Shown: positions 27,079-37,119 of the stretch, in pieces
How positions within the stretch are numbered: the stretch's first letter is position 1
Layout: every line of letters begins with the position of its first letter
From: Chlamydiota bacterium
Lineage (GTDB): Bacteria > Chlamydiota > Chlamydiia > Chlamydiales > Parachlamydiaceae
Length of the DNA stretch: 64,000 nt
Direction of reading: 5' to 3'
NCBI GenBank assembly: GCA_013286645.1
Contig: JABDFJ010000004.1
Coordinates: forward strand, 12-64,011
The notes under the pieces: model-generated
The model's input: only the letters and a program-made list of their open reading frames with translations
Told to the model about the DNA's origin: nothing
The model's database searches: none
Made by a program: the position numbers and the translations under genes

Positions 27079-29091
27079 TTAATGATTTTGCAAATATTCT
27101 TTAAACCATTGTAGATTTTTTTCCATCACTTCGACTGCCAAGCTTGGTTCAGCCACCCCGTGTGGTGTCCTAGGATAAAGCAAAAGAACAACCTCCTTTT
27201 GCTTGTGTTTTAGCGCGCGATACGCCTCATAGGCTTGCGTAACCGGCACACGCACATCTTCCAAGCCATGTTGAATTACGCAGGGTGTCATCACACGATC
27301 GACAAAATAAATGGGAGAACGCGATTTTATTAAATCGAAATTCGCAGCAAGATCCCCCAGATAATATTGAGGTAAGCCTGGGATGTCTGTCGTTCCATAC
27401 ATACTCGTCAGATTCGCCGGAGCAGCACCTACAGAGGCAGCTTTAAAGCGGTTTGTCTGGGTGATGATCCACGCTGTCATGTAGCCGCCATAACTCCACC
27501 CCATCACTCCCAACCGATCCCCATCTGCCACGCCGCTAGCAATGACAGCATCCACGCCTGCCATCAAGTCAAAATAGTCCTTGCCACCCCAGTCTAATAC
27601 ATTGGCCATGCGGAAAGCTCTTCCATACCCTGTTGAACCGCGTGGGTTGGGTCTTAATATCGCAAATCCTTCTTCGGCAAAAGCGGCTAAGGGATAGGGT
27701 GACATCCCTCCCAGATACCCTTCATTAAAGAACCCTACTGGTCCACCATGGATCACCAACAATAACGGATAACGTTTGCCTGCTTCATAATTTAAGGGAT
27801 AGGTTAGCAACCCTTCGATTTCCACTCCATCCGGTGCTTGCCATTTGATGATCTCTGTGCGGGCTGTGGGATAACGTTCAAACTTTTGATTCAGTTGTGA
27901 TATAGGTTTAGGCTTAAAATCATGCAATGCTGCCACTTGAGCTTCTGGGGGTTTTTCAGGGGTCTGTGCCACAAAGCCTAGCATCGTGCGATCTTTACTC
28001 AGTGCAGGACAATTGAAAAACAAATCTCCTGTAGCCACTGTTTGTGCTGGGGTTCCATCTAAGGGTACATATTGCAAATGGAATTTTGTCCCTTTGGGCT
28101 CAAAGACTAATACGCGCTGTCCATCACTCCCCCAGCCCAACAAATTTGGTCCAGCTAAGAACACTCCTGCATTATCCGTAGGAGCTAACTGTCGGTATGA
28201 AGAGGCATCTTTGGCACGTACGGCAACGCGGCGATCCATCAGCCAGCCCGTGGGGGTGTCACTTTCAAGATAGGCAATCCATTTGCCATCAGGAGAATAA
28301 CGTGGCATCGATTCGTGTTGCGCTTTCTTTTCCCAGCGCACGATTTGGCCTGTTTGTAGATCCAAAGTGGCTAAACTGCTATCCTGATGATAATATTCAA
28401 AACCTGCACCCGGCGAATAACCGAAAGTGATGGCGCTGCTATCGGGTGCCCAATCAAATTCGATGTTGGTGGTCCCGAAATCCCCTTTACCCCGCACATA
28501 AAAGTCATCTGTCGTGAGGGGCTTTGGTTTCGATGGGGATAGAACATCAATTATCCATAGGCGGTTGATGGTCAAGTCCTGGTCATAGACAATGGCTTCA
28601 ATTTTCGTCTTGGATGGTTGATTCGCAAGTTTATCATCGGCCATCACAAAAGCAATATGTTGGCTATCGGGTGACCACAAAAACGTCTGAATATTGCGCG
28701 CCATTTTTGTAAGCGCCGTGGCTTCTCCCCCATTAGGATTGATGAGGTAGAGATCGAAGACACCTGAGCGGTCGGACAGGAAAGCCACCCACTTGCCATC
28801 GGGAGACCATTGAGGCTGCACACACGAGCTTGTCTTTTGTGTCAGAGGAGTGGGGTCGCGCTCCCCATGCAACACTTTCTTAAATAGCTGGGTTATGAAG
28901 GCTTCCTTTTCTCCGCGTTGTGCTGGACACGAGGCCGCAAATACCACGGTTTTATTGTCTGGGGACAGTTGTACGTCGTGAAAGGTATACACCTGCACCA
29001 TTTCGCGCGGTGTCCATACAGCTTCTAAAGAAAGGATCGATGCCTGGATCGACACAGCAATGAGTGCGAAGAAAACAAGAAAGCGGCGCAT
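27079..29091 (-). CDS. S9 prolyl oligopeptidase-family serine peptidase with an N-terminal TolB-like beta-propeller
   Basis: PQWSPDGKWVAFLSDRSG and YSPDGKWIAYL propeller repeats. Catalytic GWSYGGYM (GxSxGG). C-terminal D and H regions (QHGLEDVRVP, PRTPHG). Signal peptide. Confidence 0.85.
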   Translation of the reverse strand: MRRFLVFFALIAVSIQASILSLEAVWTPREMVQVYTFHDVQLSPDNKTVVFAASCPAQRGEKEAFITQLFKKVLHGERDPTPLTQKTSSCVQPQWSPDGKWVAFLSDRSGVFDLYLINPNGGEATALTKMARNIQTFLWSPDSQHIAFVMADDKLANQPSKTKIEAIVYDQDLTINRLWIIDVLSPSKPKPLTTDDFYVRGKGDFGTTNIEFDWAPDSSAITFGYSPGAGFEYYHQDSSLATLDLQTGQIVRWEKKAQHESMPRYSPDGKWIAYLESDTPTGWLMDRRVAVRAKDASSYRQLAPTDNAGVFLAGPNLLGWGSDGQRVLVFEPKGTKFHLQYVPLDGTPAQTVATGDLFFNCPALSKDRTMLGFVAQTPEKPPEAQVAALHDFKPKPISQLNQKFERYPTARTEIIKWQAPDGVEIEGLLTYPLNYEAGKRYPLLLVIHGGPVGFFNEGYLGGMSPYPLAAFAEEGFAILRPNPRGSTGYGRAFRMANVLDWGGKDYFDLMAGVDAVIASGVADGDRLGVMGWSYGGYMTAWIITQTNRFKAASVGAAPANLTSMYGTTDIPGLPQYYLGDLAANFDLIKSRSPIYFVDRVMTPCVIQHGLEDVRVPVTQAYEAYRALKHKQKEVVLLLYPRTPHGVAEPSLAVEVMEKNLQWFKEYLQNH

Positions 29092-29159
29092 GGCAATCTC
29101 CTAAAAAAATATAAAGCAGTATAGGATAGTCTTGAAAAAAACAGTATTAAAATATCTTA

Positions 29160-29187
29160 TTGACAACGAAAGCGATTTTGCTATGAT
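29160..29187 (+). promoter_or_regulatory. Sigma-70-like promoter candidate upstream of bcp
   Basis: TTGACA (29160..29165), a 16-nt spacer, then TATGAT (29182..29187). GAGGAG Shine-Dalgarno before ATG 29217. Confidence 0.35.
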
Positions 29188-29216
29188 GCTGTCTCCACGA
29201 CGAGGAGTTTTCACGG

Positions 29217-29693
29217 ATGACAAACAGCATCAAAGTTGGCGATTCCATGCCATCATTTTCCATTCATGACGATGAAGGGATAGAGATCGATAGCCAAGAT
29301 CTTTTGGGGAGTCCGTTTGTCTTATACTTCTATCCTAAAGATGACACCCCAAGTTGCACCCTTGAAGCTTGTTCTTTTAGAGACAACTTTGAGAAACTCG
29401 ACGAACTTAATACCATGGTCATTGGAGTGAGTCCCGACTCCGCAGAATCACATGCTAACTTCCGACATAAGTTCGGCCTCAATTTTACCTTATTTTGTGA
29501 CCATCAGTTGGAACTTGCCCGCAAGTTCGATGCTGTACAAGAAAAAGAGGTCGATGGCAAGAAAAAGCTAGCCATTTTACGCTCTACCTTCATCATCGAC
29601 TCTTCCGGCATCATTCGTTGGATCGAAAAACCAGTCTCTGTTGAAGGCCACATCGAACGCGTGTTGGCAGCAGTACGACAAAATATTAAATGA
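29217..29693 (+). CDS. bcp: Thiol peroxidase / peroxiredoxin Bcp
   Basis: FVLYFYPKDDTPSCTLEACSFRD contains the PxxxTxxC peroxidatic motif of Bcp/PrxQ. Confidence 0.85.
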   Translation: MTNSIKVGDSMPSFSIHDDEGIEIDSQDLLGSPFVLYFYPKDDTPSCTLEACSFRDNFEKLDELNTMVIGVSPDSAESHANFRHKFGLNFTLFCDHQLELARKFDAVQEKEVDGKKKLAILRSTFIIDSSGIIRWIEKPVSVEGHIERVLAAVRQNIK

Positions 29694-29703
29694 CAACGGT
29701 ACT

Positions 29704-30486
29704 ATGGAACTACATGAAATTAGTGTGACAGTTTTGGCCAAAAACAGTCGAAAGTACCTCAAGGAGGTACTTAAAGCGCTAGCCCCCTTTGGGGAAGTCT
29801 TGCTTTATGATACAGGTTCCACTGACGACACAATAGAAATAGCCAAAACGTTTCCCAATGTTAAAGTCGTGAAAGCCCCATTTGTGGGGTTTGGTCCCAC
29901 TCATAATATGGCATCGGCAGCTGCCGCTAACGATTGGATATTGTCTATCGATAGCGATGAAGTCGTCACTCCTGCGTTAGTCGACGCACTGAAAACAGAA
30001 GAACTAGATCCTAAAGCTGTCTACGCCTTTCCCCGTCACAATTACTTTAATGGAAAATTCATTAAATGCTGTGGGTGGTATCCTGATCGACAGATTAGGA
30101 TTTACAACCGCATTAAAACACGTTTTTCCGATGACCAGGTACATGAAGCGATCATTTCCGAAGGGATGCGTTATAGCACTTTGCAAGCACCTATCATCCA
30201 CTATTCTTATGGCTCCATCTCTGATTTCCTTGCTAAGATGCAAACATACTCCACACTTTTTGCTGAACAAAACAGGGGCAAACGTCACTCATCTCCTATG
30301 AAAGCGCTCTTGCATGCTGCCTTTGCGATGTTTAAGAGTTATATCCTTAAAAGAGGCTTTTTATATGGATATGAGGGGTTAGTCATCTCCATGTACAATT
30401 GTCATACCGCCTATTACAAATATCTCAAACTGTACGAGGCAAACTGCCAATTGAAACAACATCGCAAAGATGTCAACAAGGATTAA
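29704..30486 (+). CDS. Family 2 glycosyltransferase
   Basis: ISVTVLAKNSRKYLKEVLKAL...LLYDTGSTDDTIEIA...ILSIDSDEVV (DxD region). Start moved to ATG 29704, after the bcp stop. Confidence 0.7.
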   Translation: MELHEISVTVLAKNSRKYLKEVLKALAPFGEVLLYDTGSTDDTIEIAKTFPNVKVVKAPFVGFGPTHNMASAAAANDWILSIDSDEVVTPALVDALKTEELDPKAVYAFPRHNYFNGKFIKCCGWYPDRQIRIYNRIKTRFSDDQVHEAIISEGMRYSTLQAPIIHYSYGSISDFLAKMQTYSTLFAEQNRGKRHSSPMKALLHAAFAMFKSYILKRGFLYGYEGLVISMYNCHTAYYKYLKLYEANCQLKQHRKDVNKD

Positions 30487-31483
30487 TACAAGCATGAGCG
30501 GCAATCTCGACGAGCTGTCAAATACCATCAAAACCCATTGTGTCAAATTCCAAGCAGCGCAAGATGAAATTTCTAAAGTCCTTGTCGGACAAAATGAAAT
30601 GATCAAAAGTCTCCTCATCGCTTTGCTGGCAGATGGACATTTGCTGCTCGAAGGGCTGCCTGGGCTAGCCAAGACATTAGCCGTCACAACATTGGCTAAA
30701 GTCATCCAATGCGATTTCAAGCGCATCCAGTTTACTCCAGATCTCCTCCCCGCCGATTTGATTGGCACATCGATTTATAACCCTAAAGACGGCACATTTA
30801 GTATTAATAAAGGTCCAATCTTTACACAGATATTGCTGGCAGATGAGATCAACCGCGCGCCGGCGAAAGTGCAGTCTGCGCTTCTGGAAGTGATGCAAGA
30901 AAGGCATGTGACTATTGCTGGTACGACTTTTGCAGCTGAGGAACCCTATCTTGTGTTAGCTACACAAAACCCCATTGAACATGAAGGCACCTATCCTTTG
31001 CCCGAAGCACAAACCGATCGCTTCATGATGAAAGTCAAAGTAGATTACCCCACACAAAGTGAAGAGAAAGAAATTTTGCAACGCATGGGCACCTTAAGCA
31101 AGCCCCCAGAAGGGAAAGCTGTATTATCTGCGCATGATATTTTGGCAGCTCGCAAAGTGGTTAATGATATCTACATCGATGACAAAATCATCGACTATAT
31201 TCTCAACATTGTCTTTGCAACACGTACGCCAGAGGCTTTTAATATCGATATTGGCGGCATGCTTCTTTATGGTGCTTCACCAAGGGCTAGCATTGCTCTA
31301 AAATTGACCGCAAAAGCACATGCGTTTCTCGCGGGGAGAGCATTTGTCACTCCTCACGATATCAAACAAGTCACCCATAACGTCTTACGCCACCGCTTGC
31401 GCCGCACTTACGAAGCAGAGGCTGAAGAGGTTTCGGCCGACGACATCATCGACACCATTCTTAGTGCGATACCTGTACCCTAG
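30470..31483 (+). CDS. MoxR-family AAA+ ATPase
   Basis: Walker A region HLLLEGLPGLAKT. ILLADEINRAPAKVQSALLEVMQERHVTIAG is the MoxR signature. The alternative start at ATG 30494 is also possible. Confidence 0.9.
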   Translation: MSTRINTSMSGNLDELSNTIKTHCVKFQAAQDEISKVLVGQNEMIKSLLIALLADGHLLLEGLPGLAKTLAVTTLAKVIQCDFKRIQFTPDLLPADLIGTSIYNPKDGTFSINKGPIFTQILLADEINRAPAKVQSALLEVMQERHVTIAGTTFAAEEPYLVLATQNPIEHEGTYPLPEAQTDRFMMKVKVDYPTQSEEKEILQRMGTLSKPPEGKAVLSAHDILAARKVVNDIYIDDKIIDYILNIVFATRTPEAFNIDIGGMLLYGASPRASIALKLTAKAHAFLAGRAFVTPHDIKQVTHNVLRHRLRRTYEAEAEEVSADDIIDTILSAIPVP

Positions 31484-31490
31484 GAGGCAC

Positions 31491-32375
31491 ATGGTAGATA
31501 CAAGCTCTAGCCTTTTAAAGAAAATCCGGCGGATTCAATTCCAAACCACCCACCTTGCTGATGATGTATTAGCTGGGGCCTACCGTTCCGCTTTTAGAGG
31601 ACGTGGCATGGAATTCGAAGAGGTCAGAGAATATCAACCTGGCGATGAGATCCGCACTATCGATTGGAATGTTACTGCCAGGATGAATCATCCTTACGTG
31701 AAAAGCTTTAGAGAAGAGCGTGAAATCACCCTGACTTTAGCCGTCGATATCTCTTCCTCAACGCGCTTTGGAAGCGGACACCATCTCAAAAGTGATCTCA
31801 TCGCCGAGATCGCCGCGGTCTTAGCCTTCTCGGCGATAAAAAATAATGACAAGGTGGCTTTACTACTATTCTCACAAGATGTAGAGAAATATTATCCTCC
31901 CAAAAAAGGACTGCGGCATGTCTTAAAAATCATCAGAGAATTATTAGTCACCACTCCGCGACACCAGGGCACTAATATCAGCGCAGCGCTCGCATTTTTA
32001 GGGCGAGTCAAACAACGCTCAGGCATTTGTTTTCTAATCTCGGATTTTATCTGCCAAGATTATTCGCATGAAGCTGCTATCATTGCCAAAGAACATGAAT
32101 TGGTGTGTCTTGCCCTTTCAGATCCTACCGAAAGTCGCTTTCCAGCCATGGGATTGACGACATTATACGACCTCGAAACTGGTGTTGAATGTCTCATCGA
32201 TACCGAATCAAGCCAAGTGCAAAAGGCCCTTAAAAGCAAAAGCGCTGAACGCATGGACAACAATAGGCAATTGATGCGCAAAGTTGGAGGAGACTTCTGT
32301 GAGATCCATACAGAACGTCCCTATCTGGCTCAATTGCGTAAATTTTTCTTGCTACGTCAAATGAGGCGCCGATGA
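31491..32375 (+). CDS. DUF58 (vWA-like) protein, MoxR partner
   Basis: SAFRGRGMEFEEVREYQPGDEIRTIDWNVTAR is the DUF58 signature. ATG 31491 follows TAGGAGG, so I reject the ORF-track upstream extension from 31320. Confidence 0.85.
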   Translation: MVDTSSSLLKKIRRIQFQTTHLADDVLAGAYRSAFRGRGMEFEEVREYQPGDEIRTIDWNVTARMNHPYVKSFREEREITLTLAVDISSSTRFGSGHHLKSDLIAEIAAVLAFSAIKNNDKVALLLFSQDVEKYYPPKKGLRHVLKIIRELLVTTPRHQGTNISAALAFLGRVKQRSGICFLISDFICQDYSHEAAIIAKEHELVCLALSDPTESRFPAMGLTTLYDLETGVECLIDTESSQVQKALKSKSAERMDNNRQLMRKVGGDFCEIHTERPYLAQLRKFFLLRQMRRR

Positions 32376-33418
32376 AGAAATGCCTCGTTGTCCTTTTGTT
32401 AGCTTTAACCATGAGTGTCTATGCGATCGAGACAAAAACACCTCAAGGGCATTTCTCTGCGGAAGTCAAACTTTCTCCCATGCATTTACAGCTTAATGAT
32501 CTGTTAAATGTAGAAATAGCTTTAACATTTCCACCGACATATCTTCCACAGATCGATCTTTTACGCAAAGACCTCTTCACCTTTGAAGGGCTCCAAGAAC
32601 CTCCTTTTACGCTTGCCAGTGAAAACATTGCTGCTGCCCATCTACAAGAGGACGGCATGAACCAACAAATAATTACGTTTACACTAGCACCACAAATAAC
32701 TGGTAAACACTATCTAGCATTTCGAAAAATTATCTTTCACTCCATGAAAAATGAGGAATTCCCAGCTGTTACACTAATTTCCAATGTATTCGAAGTGTCT
32801 GTCACAGCCCCACCCATCGATTTCAACTCACAAGATCTCATTGAACCATTATTACCCCTTTCTAAAGAGCTCCCAGTGAATATGACGATGGCAAATCGAC
32901 ATAAATACACGCGTAACCCTGCTTTGAAAGCGCACGAAGCCGCCCAAGCCTTAGTAACAATACAAAGGAAAACCTTACCTTGGGAAATGATTCTGGCTCT
33001 CATCACGGTAAGTGTGGTTTATGTGCTGATCACCAAATACCCTTCAAAAACACCACCTCCAAAAGTGGGTCTATCAGCTATAAGAGCCCCTTCGACGGTG
33101 GCCTTAGAACAATTGCAAGCATTGCTCGACAGTAAACTTATGGAAAAAAAAGATTATCAAAACTTCTTTTATACTTTAGATCATATCGTCCGCACTTACA
33201 TCGACCGCAAATATCAACTTAATGCGCAGATGTTTACCACAAAGGAATTTGTAGAAAAGTCCATCACATCCTCAGCGATTGATGGTGAGACCAAACAAAA
33301 GCTAGCTGCTTTTTTTGAAAATTCCGATCGCGTGAAATTTGCGCGCTACAAACCCACCCAAGAAGAGTGCGCTACAGCTATGCATGCCGCACAGCAGTTC
33401 CTCGCAGAAGACAAATAA
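32372..33418 (+). CDS. BatD/DUF4381-like membrane protein of the MoxR operon
   Basis: Signal peptide, one internal TM segment (ILALITVSVVYVLI), and a C-terminal ...FFENSDRVKFARYKP... motif as in the BatD/DUF4381 tail. ATGA overlap with the DUF58 gene. Confidence 0.5.
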   Translation: MKKCLVVLLLALTMSVYAIETKTPQGHFSAEVKLSPMHLQLNDLLNVEIALTFPPTYLPQIDLLRKDLFTFEGLQEPPFTLASENIAAAHLQEDGMNQQIITFTLAPQITGKHYLAFRKIIFHSMKNEEFPAVTLISNVFEVSVTAPPIDFNSQDLIEPLLPLSKELPVNMTMANRHKYTRNPALKAHEAAQALVTIQRKTLPWEMILALITVSVVYVLITKYPSKTPPPKVGLSAIRAPSTVALEQLQALLDSKLMEKKDYQNFFYTLDHIVRTYIDRKYQLNAQMFTTKEFVEKSITSSAIDGETKQKLAAFFENSDRVKFARYKPTQEECATAMHAAQQFLAEDK

Positions 33419-33424
33419 CTGTTG

Positions 33425-33775
33425 CTAACCTATTTTTGCTTCTAAAGCTTTTACGGCGTCATCTTCATCATGAAAGATCTCGAACACTTTGTCCATTGCC
33501 GTCAAGCGGAACAAATTGCTCACACTAATGGTTAACCCAAAGATCACCAGATGGCCTTGCCGCGCTTTCACCCCTTTAGCACACGTGACAATAACACCAA
33601 GACCACTACTATCTAAAAATTCCACTAACGATAAATTCAGAGCAATGTAATTATTACCATCCATAATGAGCTCGTTAAGCTTGGTCTTAAAATCGACGCT
33701 ACAGCTCGCATCGATACGTTTAGCTAACGGTCTCGCTACCACAATTTGTCCGATGTCTTTGCACTGAATTTCCAT
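33425..33775 (-). CDS. STAS-domain anti-sigma-factor antagonist (RsbV/SpoIIAA-like)
   Basis: 116 aa. LDSSGLGVIV carries the conserved phosphorylatable Ser context. Confidence 0.8.
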   Translation of the reverse strand: MEIQCKDIGQIVVARPLAKRIDASCSVDFKTKLNELIMDGNNYIALNLSLVEFLDSSGLGVIVTCAKGVKARQGHLVIFGLTISVSNLFRLTAMDKVFEIFHDEDDAVKALEAKIG

Positions 33776-33797
33776 GAGTTTCCCCGGTTATTTATGC

Positions 33798-34493
33798 TTA
33801 TTCCTCATCATCGTCTTTAAAACGATATCCCACTCCTCTTACCGTTTCGATCCAATGGAAGCTGGGCCCTAGTTTCTTACGCAATGAAGCAATATGCACA
33901 TCGATATTGCGATCGACAACAAAAGCATCGCTGCTTTGAATATCGTCAAGCAACTGATTACGCGTCAGGACCTTACCTCTACTTTGCACTAAACGGCGCA
34001 GAATCCCAAATTCCGATAATGTCAGGGTTATATGTTTATCCTTCTTGCGCAACAAATAGCGGTCAACTTCCATAGTGAAAGGGCCGAACACAAGGTGCTG
34101 CGGGCCTTTTTCAGGCTCTTTGCCACGACGCAATACGGCGCGCACACGTGAGAAAAGGATTTTGGGTGAAAAGGGTTTGCTGACATAATCATCGGCACCG
34201 AGTTCTAAGCCTAACACCACATCTAGTTCTTCACTCTTTGCCGACAAAATAATGACTGGAATATTTTTCAGATCGGGGTTGGTTTTGATTTTGCGGCATA
34301 CATCGAGTCCACTTTGTCCTGGTAGCATGATATCGAGGATGACAAGATCTGGTTTTTCACGTTCCACGGCGCGAAATCCATTTAAGCCGTCGACTTCAAC
34401 ACTTAGCTTATAGCCAGAAATTTCGGCATGCAGTTTTATTAGCGCCGCAATATCTTCTTCATCTTCAATGAGGAGAATTTTAGGTTTTTGCAT
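33798..34493 (-). CDS. OmpR/PhoB-family response regulator
   Basis: Receiver domain (ILLIEDEEDI...DLVILDIMLPGQSG...SAKSEE) plus a winged-helix C-terminus (...IETVRGVGYRF). Confidence 0.9.
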   Translation of the reverse strand: MQKPKILLIEDEEDIAALIKLHAEISGYKLSVEVDGLNGFRAVEREKPDLVILDIMLPGQSGLDVCRKIKTNPDLKNIPVIILSAKSEELDVVLGLELGADDYVSKPFSPKILFSRVRAVLRRGKEPEKGPQHLVFGPFTMEVDRYLLRKKDKHITLTLSEFGILRRLVQSRGKVLTRNQLLDDIQSSDAFVVDRNIDVHIASLRKKLGPSFHWIETVRGVGYRFKDDDEE

Positions 34494-34610
34494 AAGAATA
34501 TATTACCTTTGGGGAGGCCTTGTTTTAATTACTTTGTTTATAGCTATCTCTTTATTTACATGCAAAGTGATTGTCGATCGCTCCAGACGAATAATCAATA
34601 AAACACCTTT

Positions 34611-34754
34611 TTGAAACACAGAGGCACAGAGAACACAGAGCGTTTGAGGTCTTGAGAAGCAATTACAAAGTTCTGTTTAATTGGATTTTGCAATTACGTT
34701 CCAAATAGATGAAACCAAACCTCTCTGTGTTCTCTGTGCCTCTGTGTTTCAAAA
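34611..34754. repeat. Family-D palindromic element (aaacacagaggcacagagaacacagag arms)
   Basis: ttgaaacacagaggcacagagaacacagag...ctctctgtgttctctgtgcctctgtgtttcaaaa. Related copies at 43987..44181 and 61086..61206, and a half-copy at 57148..57186. Confidence 0.85.
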
Positions 34755-34883
34755 TTCATTTTACACTCAGTCACTTGTCGATTTTCATAAATTTCATATT
34801 TTCTTTTAACCTTAAAAAGAGTATTCTCTTAATATTATTACGTTATTTTATTCTTAAAACGGCGCACAATATTTAGGGTTAGA

Positions 34884-35801
34884 ATGTTTCTTGTCATTTT
34901 ACTTTACGCTCTATTTGCAAGTGTTTTTACGATTGGCAAAACAGGCTTAGAGTTTTCCCAACCTCTTTTCTTTGTGGGCTCACGGATGTTCCTAGCGGGC
35001 TTATTGCTGCTTGCCTATCAGTTTAGCTGCAAACGCAGCGAATTCCTGTTTAGAAAAAGCGATTTCTGGAAAATCTTTGGTCTCTCTGTTTTTAATATCT
35101 ATCTAACCAATGTCTTTGAATTTTGGGGGCTAAAGTATCTCACTTCGTTTAAGACTTGTTTCATTTACAGTCTATCTCCCTTTCTATCGGCGTTGCTGTC
35201 TTACTTTATGTTTGCCGAGAAAATGAGTTTGAAAAAGTGGATGGGACTGCTTGTGGGTTTCATTGGATTTTTACCTATCCTCATCAATCACTCTTCTACC
35301 GAAGAGGAAACTGGCCATCTATTTTTCTTCTCTTGGGCCGAATTGGCGGTGATGGGCGCCGCGATTTGCGCCGTTTATGGCTGGATCCTACTGCGTCAGC
35401 TCGTCAAAGACAGTGGCTACACTTCAATGATGGCCAATGGGTTGAGCATGACCTTGGGTGGCGCCATGGCCTTGATGCACTCCTATCTTGTCGAAGATTG
35501 GAATCCGGTACCTGTGACTGAAATGATGCCTTTTATGGAATGTGCGTTTTTATTGATCATCATCTCCAACTTGATTTGCTACAACTTATACGGTCATCTG
35601 TTAAAAAGCTATTCTGCCACCTTCATATCCTTTGCCGGCTTCATTACCCCTCTCTTCAGTGCTTTTTTTGGCTGGTATTACCTTGGCGAGGTGATCACCC
35701 TGCCATTTTATCTGTCGGCGGCTATCGTCTTTTGCGGCTTATTGATCTTCTATCAAGAAGAACTTAAAGAAGATTATCAGCTACCTGTTAGCGCTTCTTA
35801 A
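34884..35801 (+). CDS. EamA/DMT-family transporter
   Basis: 10-TM pattern with two EamA-like halves. Confidence 0.75.
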   Translation: MFLVILLYALFASVFTIGKTGLEFSQPLFFVGSRMFLAGLLLLAYQFSCKRSEFLFRKSDFWKIFGLSVFNIYLTNVFEFWGLKYLTSFKTCFIYSLSPFLSALLSYFMFAEKMSLKKWMGLLVGFIGFLPILINHSSTEEETGHLFFFSWAELAVMGAAICAVYGWILLRQLVKDSGYTSMMANGLSMTLGGAMALMHSYLVEDWNPVPVTEMMPFMECAFLLIIISNLICYNLYGHLLKSYSATFISFAGFITPLFSAFFGWYYLGEVITLPFYLSAAIVFCGLLIFYQEELKEDYQLPVSAS

Positions 35802-35864
35802 AAGTACTTGCAATAATGTGTAAGTTATGCGATTTTGTGGGCCAAATTAGACCCACTCAATTCT

Positions 35865-36911
35865 ATGACAAGCAACTCCCAAATCCAATCAAATACCTTC
35901 CTATTGGACGAAAAGTCCATGTATCACGACCAACTCAATAAAGTTTTCGATCCTATTTTTTTTGAGTTCGATGGGGTCATGAAACGCTATGTAGCTTTTA
36001 ACATATTTTTCATTGTCTTATGTATCGCTGAAGTTGTTCTGTTAGGCACTTTTTTTGCTTTGTTGGCTCAATCTTTAATTTTAGCACTAAGCTTAGCCGT
36101 AGTCTTTTTCACTTTCTTCGCCTACTTCACCCTGCGCATCTACTTCAAAACGAAAAAACCAGAACAATTGCGTCTGATCAAAGAAAACTACATAAGAAGC
36201 TGTAAAGTCCTTTTAAACTATCAAGAAGGGGTGACTGAACATTATGTCGCCCTAGCCAACGCATGCTGTAAGCTAGCCAACCGTTTACATGCCCGTGAAT
36301 ACGATTATTACCTACCCCCTAGATGGTTTGCCTCTTTCACTCCATGGCTGGAAAAATTCAGCTGCTGGTGGCACTGGGAAGATGTGCATTTTATGAAAGA
36401 ACTGCTGCTTTTAGAAGCTGTCAACGAACACATCAAAATGGTAAAAAGTCAACCCACAAGTCTGGAAGCGCATGCTTCTTTAGCTAATGCCTACGTGATG
36501 CTTTCCGGACTCTATATCGATCCACGCAAAATGGAAGGCTATGATGATGATCGTTGGATCCCTGAAAACAAGTTTAGTGAGTTGTTCGATTTCAAGTTCA
36601 GAAGCACAGCAGAAAGGGCTATTGAAGAATTCAAGATTCTTGGCGAATATGCACCTGATGATCCATGGGTGCATAGTCAGTTAGCTTACAGCTACCACGA
36701 CTTACAAATGCCTCATGAAGAGATCAAAGAATATGAGTCGATCCAAAAGCTCGTCCCTGATGATAAAGACAATTTATATAAGCTAGGCATGCTCTATTTC
36801 CAACAAGGCCTCAATGCTAAAGGCTTGCGCGTGTATGAAGAACTCAAAAAAGCTCATTATATCAAAGCTGAGAGTCTCATCAAATACTACGGTTCTTATA
36901 CGACCTTCTAA
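35865..36911 (+). CDS. Hypothetical membrane protein with a TPR-like C-terminal region
   Basis: Two adjacent TM helices (VAFNIFFIVLCIAEVVLLGTFFALLAQSLILALSLAVVFFTFFAYF). The C-terminus has TPR-like helices (HASLANAYVMLSGLY..., LYKLGMLYFQQGLNAKGLRVYEEL). Start set at ATG 35865 rather than TTG 35835. Confidence 0.5.
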   Translation: MTSNSQIQSNTFLLDEKSMYHDQLNKVFDPIFFEFDGVMKRYVAFNIFFIVLCIAEVVLLGTFFALLAQSLILALSLAVVFFTFFAYFTLRIYFKTKKPEQLRLIKENYIRSCKVLLNYQEGVTEHYVALANACCKLANRLHAREYDYYLPPRWFASFTPWLEKFSCWWHWEDVHFMKELLLLEAVNEHIKMVKSQPTSLEAHASLANAYVMLSGLYIDPRKMEGYDDDRWIPENKFSELFDFKFRSTAERAIEEFKILGEYAPDDPWVHSQLAYSYHDLQMPHEEIKEYESIQKLVPDDKDNLYKLGMLYFQQGLNAKGLRVYEELKKAHYIKAESLIKYYGSYTTF

Positions 36912-36945
36912 TTTATTGAGTCTTGCGTGCCTGTTTTTCCAACGA

Positions 36946-37039
36946 TTGGACATGGACGAACTGGACTGATTAGACATCTTTCAGCGGGGATGTCCAATTC
37001 GTCCAGGTAGTCCAATCAGTCCAGTTCGTCCATGTCCAA
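36946..37039. repeat. Palindrome built from tggac/gtcca modules (terminator-like)
   Basis: ttggacatggacgaactggactgattagacatc...gatgtccaattcgtccaggtagtccaatcagtccagttcgtccatgtccaa. The module type is the same as at 20217..20266. Confidence 0.8.
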
Positions 37040-37119
37040 TTATTTTACGTTGTGAATTTCGTTGATTTTTTATTGCCTACTCCTCATTTTGCTATATTGG
37101 AATAAAGAAGGTGACGATT

